From IMG/VR virus record IMGVR_UViG_3300028840_001210, positions 1-59,757 of that record: DNA of 59,757 nt, one strand, 5' to 3'. The DNA is from a virus (taxonomy: Duplodnaviria > Caudoviricetes). The notes under the pieces were generated by a model that was not told the origin of the DNA, made no database searches, and worked only from the letters and a program-made list of their open reading frames with translations. The position numbers were made by a program, and so were the translations under genes. Positions 52,262 through 59,757 of this stretch are shown here, piece by piece (positions within the stretch are counted from its first letter, which is position 1; every line of letters starts with the position of its first letter).

Positions 52262-52542
52262 GTCTGGATCTCCATGGCGAGCTGTGTACAATCTGGCTCG
52301 CTCTCTTGGTCGCCATCGCCGGCAGCTCTGGTCAGCTCAAAAAACTGCGCTGGCTCGCAGCCGAGCACGCTCATGACGCGCGCAGCTTTGGCTAGGTTTA
52401 GATTGATCACATGGCCATTGCGCAGCCGCGTGATAAAATTCTCGCTCACCTCTGCAGCCCTGGCCAGCTCTCGACTGGTCAGCTCGCGACGCTCTCGCGC
52501 TTCGTACTCTCTGATGCACTGGTTTAGCGCCACTTGTAACAT
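52258..52542 (-). CDS. Cro/C1-type HTH regulator
   Basis: LTSRELARAAEVSENFITRLRNG...LGCEP; GGAGGT SD. Confidence 0.85.
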   Translation of the reverse strand: MLQVALNQCIREYEARERRELTSRELARAAEVSENFITRLRNGHVINLNLAKAARVMSVLGCEPAQFFELTRAAGDGDQESEPDCTQLAMEIQT

Positions 52543-52575
52543 GCCCACCTCCATGAATACCTGAAACCGATGCCC

Positions 52576-52719
52576 TATAATACCATAATATGACACGCGT
52601 GTCAACAGAAAACCAAAAGAAGCGCATTAAAATCTGGTAAAATCACTTGACAAGTACTCTCGACCTGTGATATAATTGTCTTGACTTTGACCACGACCAC
52701 ACACACTGGGAGAAACGAC
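52576..52719. promoter_or_regulatory. Divergent promoters with palindromic operator
   Basis: Leftward TTGACA-17-TATTAT overlapping TGACACGCGTGTCA (52591-52604); rightward TTGACA (52647)-18-TATAAT (52671), a degenerate cassette copy. Confidence 0.75.
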
Positions 52720-53301
52720 ATGACACGCAAGCTGGTTTCCATACTCTGGATCGAGACATCTGGCGACGAAGTAAACGCGCGCATGCGTATGCTGAAACTA
52801 TGGCGCGACGAAGAGTATATCGCAGACGACATGCAGCCAGAGATCAGCTACTGCACAGAAGAGATCGAGCCAGAAAACCACCACAAAGCGATCGACTTTT
52901 GCGCAGCGTACAGATACAAGCCGCATGGCGTCTGGTACGCTGGCCATCCGGGGATCGCCTTCGCCCCGCATACCCAAGAGATCAATGGCATGACAGAGAC
53001 AGCACGCGCGATCAGAGACTTGGCTCGCGCTGGCACGTCGATCCATGTCCAGTACGAGCACATTATACCAGCGCCAGTACGCTTTGTACGCAGCTCGCGC
53101 AACATGACATACAGGTACATCGCGAGCAAGCGCACAATGAAAGATCTGCAGAGACTGCGCGCAAAGTATCGCGACGCTGGCGAGCTGGCATGGACTCCCG
53201 AAGACGTCGCCAGCCACGCGCGCGATCGCTTTGGACGTCCACAGGCGACATACCCCCTGGCCGACTGGACAGTCGCATGGCCTGGCCAGATGCGCTGGTA
53301 A
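52720..53301 (+). CDS. Hypothetical protein
   Basis: Both leader boxes. Confidence 0.7.
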   Translation: MTRKLVSILWIETSGDEVNARMRMLKLWRDEEYIADDMQPEISYCTEEIEPENHHKAIDFCAAYRYKPHGVWYAGHPGIAFAPHTQEINGMTETARAIRDLARAGTSIHVQYEHIIPAPVRFVRSSRNMTYRYIASKRTMKDLQRLRAKYRDAGELAWTPEDVASHARDRFGRPQATYPLADWTVAWPGQMRW

Positions 53302-53377
53302 ACGTTCATTGACCAGAGCGCCAGCTCGATCTGGCGCTCTGGATCTAGTATGGCCAATTGGCCGAAAGGAAAGACCC

Positions 53378-54940
53378 ATGGCAAAGCAAGACGCCACACC
53401 CACAGCGCACGAGTACCCGATCAGTTACATGGTACGCGTGCCACTTGTCGACGTCGTCGACAATCCCTTCCAGCATCGCACGTACCACGACGAAGCGATC
53501 GCGCAGCTCGCCGAGTCGATCGAGCGCATGCGCGACTCGTACTCTGCGACGTCTGGACTCGTACAAGTACCCACTGGTCGCCTGATCGACTCCCAAGGCG
53601 GCCCTCTGTCGCCAGCCAGCGATCCAGCGCTCTGGCCAGAAGGCGCGCGAGTACAGCTCGCCACTGGTCACAGACGCTTGCGCGCTTTCATGGTGCTCTC
53701 TGACAAGTACGACGACTGTCAGACCATGCCAGTATTCTTGGTGGACCTGTCAGACCAAGACATGGCTGTCAGTAACTACACAGAGAACGAAGACAGAGAA
53801 GACCAGAGCGCGATCGAGCTGGCGCGCACGCTCGAAGGCATGAGCAAGTCTTTCAAGTGGTCGCATGAGAAGCTCGCCGAGAAGATAGGGCGATCGCGCT
53901 CGCACGTTACAAACTTGTTACGACTGCTAAACCTGTCCAAAGCTGCGCAGAAGGCGATCGAGAATGGCGTCATGAGCGCTCGCCATGGTCGAGAGCTTCT
54001 CGTGCTCAAAGCGATCCCTGGCGCGTACAAGCGACTCGGCAGAGACTACCAGAGCATTGGCCAGCTCAGCGTGTCAGACCTCCAAGGCGAGATCGCGACG
54101 ACTATACTGCAGATGTGTCGATCGATGTCAGAAGCGACATGGCCAGAAGGCTGGACGCCAGAGTCAGACGCGCAGCCAGTCGTCGGCGCATGTGAGGGAT
54201 GCAAGCACGCGATCAGCTACAAGAAAAAGCCACGATGCTCGAATAAAGATTGCTTTGCGGCCAAGCTGCAGCGCCATCTTGTCGAAGTCACTGGCCCGAA
54301 AGAAGCGCGCGCGATGTTTGACCAGACGCCCACAGAGTACAAGCTCGGCAGCGTCGCGACATGGCGCTCGTGCTCTGCGTGTCGTCGATCGCCAGCCCAC
54401 TTGGAAGGCGTCGTCAAAGACACGATCTCTGGCTGGTTTATCAAACAAGGCGCGATCTCTTTCCATCGCGCGATCTGTCCAGACTGTGTACAAAGAGCTG
54501 GACTCAAGATCGTCGAAGCGCCAGCCGAGTCTGGCGACGCCAGCGACACTGTCACAGATGGCGCGCGAGTCGTCGCGAGCGCTCGCTCTGTCGAGTCCAG
54601 CACGACGCCAGCGACCACGCCAGCGCAGCCAGCGCGCGAGCTGCCCAAACTGACGATCGTCCAGAAACCAAAGACGATCCCTTACGTACTTGTCACGATG
54701 CGCATATCGCCCCCGACCAGCGACACTGGCGAACAGATCGCGCAAGTGACCACAGCTCGCGAAGGAAAGACCACAGGCATGGTCGACGCCAACACAGTCG
54801 AGATGGAAGCATACCACGCCGAGAGCGCGACAGACTTGCTCGACCAGATCAAAGGCCAGCTCGCAGCGCTGATCGATGGCCAGCGCGCAGAGCATGACGC
54901 ACTGACTGCAGAGACCAGCGACGAAGAGTCGCACGACTAG
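53378..54940 (+). CDS. parB: ParB/Spo0J-like protein (PRTRC-associated) with Cys-rich C-terminal half
   Basis: NPFQHR, LAESI, GHRRLRA, ENEDRED, LAEKIGRSRSHVTNLLRLL, HGRELL. Confidence 0.9.
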   Translation: MAKQDATPTAHEYPISYMVRVPLVDVVDNPFQHRTYHDEAIAQLAESIERMRDSYSATSGLVQVPTGRLIDSQGGPLSPASDPALWPEGARVQLATGHRRLRAFMVLSDKYDDCQTMPVFLVDLSDQDMAVSNYTENEDREDQSAIELARTLEGMSKSFKWSHEKLAEKIGRSRSHVTNLLRLLNLSKAAQKAIENGVMSARHGRELLVLKAIPGAYKRLGRDYQSIGQLSVSDLQGEIATTILQMCRSMSEATWPEGWTPESDAQPVVGACEGCKHAISYKKKPRCSNKDCFAAKLQRHLVEVTGPKEARAMFDQTPTEYKLGSVATWRSCSACRRSPAHLEGVVKDTISGWFIKQGAISFHRAICPDCVQRAGLKIVEAPAESGDASDTVTDGARVVASARSVESSTTPATTPAQPARELPKLTIVQKPKTIPYVLVTMRISPPTSDTGEQIAQVTTAREGKTTGMVDANTVEMEAYHAESATDLLDQIKGQLAALIDGQRAEHDALTAETSDEESHD

Positions 54941-54972
54941 AGCCAGCACACTGGCTAGAAAGAGACACGATC

Positions 54973-55647
54973 ATGACTACACGAGTTTTTGTCTACAATG
55001 ACACAGAGTACGACGACCCTGGCCAAGAGTACACAGTCGAAGACGTCAAGGCGTCTTTACAAGCGATCTTTCCAGAGATCGCAAAGTGCAAGATCGTCGA
55101 GACGAAAGAGAACGAAGGCGAAGAGAACGAACGAACGATCTATCGTTTCGAGAAGCAAGCGACTGTCAAGGGACAAGAGATCGAAGAGAGCGAGACATCT
55201 GCACAAGCGATCGATGCTAGTGAGGCTGGCGAAAGCCAGCCCGATCGCACTCTTGAAGCTGCACTCTCGACAGCGCTGCGCGCGCTGCATATCGCTTTTT
55301 CGCCAGCCAGCGTGGTCGTCTCGACAGACAAGCTGGCCGACATTCTCGGGCCGCTACAGTACGCGCTCGAAGAGTACGACGTCGCCACTGCGACCATGTC
55401 GCCATACGCGTGCGTCGCAGTGCGCAAAATGGTCGCACTCGTGACAGACGACATGGAGTCGCTCATGAGCACGCAACAAGTCGTCTTTGCTGGACGCGTC
55501 CATGACTGGGTACACCTTTTGCTTGGAGTCCACGAAGCGATCCACCTCTACATAGTCGACAGCCAGCTCGCGCACGCGCTCGACGATCTAGAATGTAAAT
55601 TCGAGATCCAAGTCGAAGGACCAGACCATGCGCGCGTCGATGCTTGA
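54973..55647 (+). CDS. PRTRC protein C-like ubiquitin-fold protein with C-terminal extension
   Basis: RVFVY...DP...TVEDVK..L...FPEIA...F.K.A.VKG (Gly67), then ~157 more residues. Confidence 0.7.
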   Translation: MTTRVFVYNDTEYDDPGQEYTVEDVKASLQAIFPEIAKCKIVETKENEGEENERTIYRFEKQATVKGQEIEESETSAQAIDASEAGESQPDRTLEAALSTALRALHIAFSPASVVVSTDKLADILGPLQYALEEYDVATATMSPYACVAVRKMVALVTDDMESLMSTQQVVFAGRVHDWVHLLLGVHEAIHLYIVDSQLAHALDDLECKFEIQVEGPDHARVDA

Positions 55648-55891
55648 CTTTATGCATGACGCTTTCGATCGCGTGCATGGCATAGAGCTGGCCATGCACG
55701 CGATTATGGCCAAGCTGCACGAGATCGAGCAAGCCGACACTGTCGACTTTCACGAGCTGATCGACATGCAGCCAGAGATCGACCACGCGAGCGCAGAGAT
55801 CACAGCGCACGCGAGACAGTGCGAAAGGATCGTCGGGAAATGCCTATCGCTGCAGCCATCGCCGAGCACTTACCCACCGCATGGCTTTTGA
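55640..55891 (+). CDS. Small helical protein
   Basis: Overlaps both neighbours; start uncertain (55628 or 55640). Confidence 0.5.
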   Translation: MLDFMHDAFDRVHGIELAMHAIMAKLHEIEQADTVDFHELIDMQPEIDHASAEITAHARQCERIVGKCLSLQPSPSTYPPHGF

Positions 55892-56754
55892 CGTCGAGAG
55901 CTACGCAGAGCGCAGCGTCCAGCGCGCGCTGGCCCTTGCGACCATACGCGCAGCGCGAGATCTTGTCAAAGGTCAAGCTGTACAGCTACACCAACACAGC
56001 ATACGAGCTTGAACACTTGCATGGACGCTCGATCGCTTTTCACATCTTGCGCGACTACTTCGACATTGCTTTCGTGCGTGGCTACACGCTCGATCTCGAA
56101 GTCCAAGCATGCGAGCTGGTACATGAGAAGTGTTTTCCTCTCGCGTGGTCGATGCTCGACGACGCGTACAATTGTGGCGAAGATCCCTTCTCGTACCCAC
56201 TGCCATATGAGTCATGGGGGATAGCCTGGGAGATGGACGACGGTACTGGCCAGTACGAGTACGCGATCCCGCTACTGGTCGCACTCTCACACGCGATCGA
56301 GCTACAAAGCGACTGGCAAGAAGAGCACGTCGAAGCGATGGTACTGCAGCTTGACATGCTGTACGACGCGATCAAGTGTAACGGTTTCCATGGCGACCTT
56401 ACGAGCTGGTCGCTGGATGGCGGCAGCGTGCGCGCTGGCGTGCGACAGATGCGCGAGCGCTTCTCTCAGCTCGACGCGCCTTTCGATGGACTCGCGCCAC
56501 TGTCGCATGCGCTCTTGCACGATCGTGATAACGTCTTTCTCGACATGCCACGCTACTGGCGCGCCGACTATGAGTACAGCGTCATGTACTGGGGACCATG
56601 GGAGCTTGACCACTTGACCAAAAAGTACGACGAAGTCAAAGAAGAGATCGCAAAGCTGGAAGCATACATGCAATGGTACGAGAGCACGCCAGACGCGCAG
56701 ATCAGAGTATGCGAAGTGATCGAAGGCGTGCTCGCCACGCTCGATCTAGAGTAG
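55840..56754 (+). CDS. Hypothetical protein in the PRTRC cassette (protein F position)
   Basis: Synteny between Ubl and E2; N.FLD motif; start uncertain. Confidence 0.55.
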   Translation: MPIAAAIAEHLPTAWLLTSRATQSAASSARWPLRPYAQREILSKVKLYSYTNTAYELEHLHGRSIAFHILRDYFDIAFVRGYTLDLEVQACELVHEKCFPLAWSMLDDAYNCGEDPFSYPLPYESWGIAWEMDDGTGQYEYAIPLLVALSHAIELQSDWQEEHVEAMVLQLDMLYDAIKCNGFHGDLTSWSLDGGSVRAGVRQMRERFSQLDAPFDGLAPLSHALLHDRDNVFLDMPRYWRADYEYSVMYWGPWELDHLTKKYDEVKEEIAKLEAYMQWYESTPDAQIRVCEVIEGVLATLDLE

Positions 56755-56765
56755 GGGACCAGACC

Positions 56766-57385
56766 ATGACCACACACATGCCCTTTGGCCTTTCGTTTGG
56801 AGCGAACGACGTCCAGTCGCTTCGCGCGACGATCTATCTGTTCGATCAAACGATATTCATGACACGCTTCTCTGGCGATGGCGAGATCGCGCAGTCTTTC
56901 GAGTGCGATCCCGCCAGCATCGTCGAAGCGTTTAGCGACGCGAGCCACGCAAGCACGAGCTGATCATGGTCACTGATGGACAAGAGCAAGAAAAGATCTT
57001 GTGTGCTCTTCCCGGCATGATCTTTGCTGGTATCGGCCATCGCTGGTTTTGCTACGCAGTCAAAGAGCGACCAGTCGACGACCAAGCGACACTTTACCAT
57101 GTACCACTGCCAAACGTCCACACAAACGGCCAGATCTGCGCTGGCGATACTGGACTCCAAACGCTCGCAGTCCGGACTGGCAACATGCGACCAGCCTTCG
57201 AGCGCTTCATGACGACTGCGTTTAATGGCCATCTGGTCAACAAGAAAAGCAAGAAAGCGCCAGACGACTGCAGAGATATGCTGTACAAGCTCGACGCTCG
57301 ACGACGTCGAAAGTACCCACTCGACGATCTTGTCGCGACTCGCTACGCTCTCAAGAGCATCATGACAAACAACATAGGAAGGTAG
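56766..57385 (+). pseudogene. Prokaryotic E2 family D (PRTRC protein B), split by a frameshift near 56940
   Basis: N-terminal part stops at 56963; LPGMIF, YAVKERP and LYHVPLPNVHTNGQICAG lie in another frame. Confidence 0.7.
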
Positions 57386-57387
57386 AC

Positions 57388-58056
57388 ATGAAGATCTCCA
57401 AAGCTGTACGATACATCACTAGCGACATACTCGAAGCGCACGAGCCGCGCTTCGGTGGATATGACTATATCTTTGCTGGCTCTGGCGTCTGGAAGCGCGC
57501 CATGTCCACAGTGCTGCATGCGTGCGTGCCAGTCGCAAAGTGCAAGATCGCCACGCTTCCAGACGTGGTACAGCCTCACGCGACGCTCATGTATGGTAAG
57601 ATGCCATCAGCTCTATTATGGCGAGCTATCGAAGACGCGCGCAAACAGTGCGCACGCCGGCCGACAGAGTCGCTTTACCATGTCGCGCTGCAGCTCGACA
57701 GAGGGCACGACTTTTACACGCTCGCGCAGCCCAAACAGATCGCGACGCTGGCCAAGGTCGAAGCCGAGACGCCAGAGTCGATGGCCATACCAGCCAGTCA
57801 CGTCGTCGCAGACATCCATACACACCCACTGGGATCAGCTCGGCCAAGCAAGACAGACGACGCAGACGAAACTGGCTTTCGGATCTATGTGATCATTGGC
57901 GACCTGTTCGCACAGAGACCTCTTGTCTTTTGTCGAGTCGGTATCTTTGGCGACTTTTGGCCAGTGCCAGCGCACGAAGTCTTCGACGTCGCATGGCACG
58001 ACTATCGCGATCAGACCACGATCGACAGACACGTCGACCACTGGGAAGGACACTAG
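57388..58056 (+). CDS. JAB/MPN metalloprotease (PRTRC protein A)
   Basis: DIHTHP....PSKTDDADE.GFRIYVIIG, RVGIFG. Confidence 0.9.
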   Translation: MKISKAVRYITSDILEAHEPRFGGYDYIFAGSGVWKRAMSTVLHACVPVAKCKIATLPDVVQPHATLMYGKMPSALLWRAIEDARKQCARRPTESLYHVALQLDRGHDFYTLAQPKQIATLAKVEAETPESMAIPASHVVADIHTHPLGSARPSKTDDADETGFRIYVIIGDLFAQRPLVFCRVGIFGDFWPVPAHEVFDVAWHDYRDQTTIDRHVDHWEGH

Positions 58057-58058
58057 AC

Positions 58059-58922
58059 ATGGTACAGCTCGCCACGCACAAGAAAGCAAGAATCGAGATC
58101 GGCGACCAGCGCGCGATCACTGTCGTGCTGGTCGGCTGTGGGGGGACTGGCTCTTTTGTCGCGCTGCATCTGGCGCGACTCGCGTACCACGCGCGCGAGC
58201 TGGTCGACTTGCGCTTTCGTCTGTACTTTGTCGACGACGACGTCGTCGAGTCCAAAAACATTGGACGCCAAAACTTTTGTCCCTGCGAAGTGGGACACAA
58301 CAAAGCGCAAACGCTCGCCGACAGATACGCGCGCGCTTTTGGCTTTTCGATCACGGCAGTACCTGATCGCTTTACTTTCGAGCTATTCGACACGCAGATC
58401 AAAAAGTCGATCGAGTACCACGAGCAAGCCATTATACTTGGCTGCGTCGACAACACTGCAGCCAGACGCGAGATCGCGCGCTGCGTCTCGCAGAAGACTG
58501 GCTCTCTTTGGTGGATCGACTCTGGAAATGATCGATACTCTGGCCAAGTGCTGATCGGTAACGACACGAGCCGCACGTCGCCACTGATCGAGATCGTCGG
58601 CCTGTGCTCTGCAGTGCCAGCGCCCAGTGTCCAAGAGCCTGGAATCGTCGATCCAGCCAGCGACGTCGACGTCGACTTTGTCGCCGATGGCTTGAGCTGC
58701 GCAGAGCTGGCGCTATTAGGCGCGCAAGGTCTGACGACAAACCAGACCATGGCCGACGTCGTCGCGACGTACTTGCACAGACTGACTGTCATGCACGATC
58801 TCGACGTGCGCGCCACGTATGTCGATCTGCAGACTTTGAGCATGCGCAGCGAGCCGATCGTCAAGCCAAAGCCACCAAAGCGCACTAAAGCCAGCTTGAA
58901 CGCCAGAGCATACCTCGACTAG
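58059..58922 (+). CDS. ThiF/E1-like adenylyltransferase (PRTRC ThiF)
   Basis: LVGCGGTGS, DDDVVESKNIGRQNF, CVDN..ARR, WIDSGN..SGQV, LSCAE. Confidence 0.93.
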   Translation: MVQLATHKKARIEIGDQRAITVVLVGCGGTGSFVALHLARLAYHARELVDLRFRLYFVDDDVVESKNIGRQNFCPCEVGHNKAQTLADRYARAFGFSITAVPDRFTFELFDTQIKKSIEYHEQAIILGCVDNTAARREIARCVSQKTGSLWWIDSGNDRYSGQVLIGNDTSRTSPLIEIVGLCSAVPAPSVQEPGIVDPASDVDVDFVADGLSCAELALLGAQGLTTNQTMADVVATYLHRLTVMHDLDVRATYVDLQTLSMRSEPIVKPKPPKRTKASLNARAYLD

Positions 58923-58929
58923 ACCACAG

Positions 58930-58977
58930 ATCACGCGCGCGCTATGTATTGACAGAATAGCGCGCGCGTGATAAAAT
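58930..58977 (+). promoter_or_regulatory. Initiator promoter with -35 in the loop of a 16-bp inverted repeat
   Basis: Arms 58930-58945 and 58957-58972; TTGACA at 58949, 17-bp spacer, TAAAAT at 58972. Confidence 0.7.
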
Positions 58978-59016
58978 CTAGAAACAAAACCACACACACA
59001 GCGAAAGGACCAGAGC

Positions 59017-59757
59017 ATGATCACGATCTTTAATGGATGCGAGATCCAGCTCGACAGCGCGCAGACGCGCATATACGCGCAAGTGTCTGTCGCACTGCGC
59101 GATCACATAGTCGACTTTAATACTGGCAAGAGCCTGTCGCCTTTTGGAGTCTTCATGTGCATCGCTTTGCACGTCGACCAGTTTGGCTGGTCGTACCCAT
59201 CGCGAGCCACGCTCAAAGCCAAAACTGGGATCAAGACTGACGACTCTTTGACGACCTGTCTGCGACACTTGGTCGCCATGCGCATAGATGGCCATAGAGT
59301 GCTTGCCATCTATCGAGATCAGCGCACAGATGGCAAGTTTGGCTTGTACTGCTATCGCGTCTTCCCTGACGCTTTCGACGACCAGCTCGCCAGCGCGCCC
59401 GAACGCTTCGAGAAGCTCGTACACTGGACCTACAAAGATCCAGCCGAGCGCCAGAAAAGATCCAGTACTGGATCTTCCAGTACTGGACAATCTAGCGAAC
59501 CAGTACCCAATGAACCAGTACCGGATCATGACGCCATGAAGTATAACCATGATCAAGTAGAACTAGAAGAAGGAGAAAGTACCAGCGCTGATCCTGGCGT
59601 GCTTTCCAGCGAAGACGCTGCGCGCGGCCCTCTAGAGATGGCTGCAGAGTGCCAGCGTCGCAGCGCTGGCCAAACGCAATGGACTGTACCCACGAGCGCT
59701 GGCGGCTCTACAAAGCGAGTCGACGCTATGCTGCGCGCGTGGATAGGTAGCAAGCGC
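59017..59757 (+). CDS. Replication initiator, N-terminal HTH part (continues to 471; absent from the ORF track)
   Basis: VFMCIALHVDQFGWSYPSRATL...TG (HTH_36-like); open to the window end. Confidence 0.8.
   Translation, partial: MITIFNGCEIQLDSAQTRIYAQVSVALRDHIVDFNTGKSLSPFGVFMCIALHVDQFGWSYPSRATLKAKTGIKTDDSLTTCLRHLVAMRIDGHRVLAIYRDQRTDGKFGLYCYRVFPDAFDDQLASAPERFEKLVHWTYKDPAERQKRSSTGSSSTGQSSEPVPNEPVPDHDAMKYNHDQVELEEGESTSADPGVLSSEDAARGPLEMAAECQRRSAGQTQWTVPTSAGGSTKRVDAMLRAWIGSKR
59458..59522. repeat. Putative origin iterons inside the initiator gene
   Basis: CCAGTAC x4 (59462, 59477, 59500, 59515); palindrome AGATCCAGTACTGGATCT. Confidence 0.65.
59614..59757. repeat. Terminal direct repeat of 1-144
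   Basis: Identical sequence. Confidence 0.97.

Noticed and set aside
53352-53363. Palindrome GGCCAATTGGCC upstream of parB
   Set aside because: Short, and built from words common in this genome; insufficient support as an operator

Overview
The window appears to be a complete circular tailed-phage genome of about 59,613 bp: bases 1-144 repeat at 59614-59757, and one ORF reads in frame across the junction. Its siphovirus-type morphogenesis genes lie on the minus strand: TerS/TerL, portal, MuF-like protein, protease/scaffold, capsid, neck, tail tube, frameshifted chaperone, tape measure, LamG tail protein and lysis genes. I recognise no integrase. Instead there is plasmid-type machinery: an iteron-containing replication initiator, a Spo0J-like ParB with six parS-like palindromes spaced about 10 kb apart, a ParM/ParR-like pair, and an FtsK/TraB-like ATPase with several membrane proteins. 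This suggests a phage-plasmid, possibly of a filamentous Chloroflexota host (inference only). It also carries a PRTRC ubiquitin-like cassette, a glycosyltransferase/sulfotransferase block among the head genes, and DNA-modification candidates (MT-A70, radical SAM). The most novel signal is non-coding. About 11 early-gene leaders share CCACACAC plus GGAGAAACGAC boxes, and five of them sit behind a near-identical promoter cassette. A predicted ~80-nt RNA (41537->41458, with its own promoter and terminator, also the leader of the packaging operon) carries exact antisense copies of both boxes. It is a candidate single-sRNA, multi-target switch. All calls come from motifs read by eye; no database searches were run.
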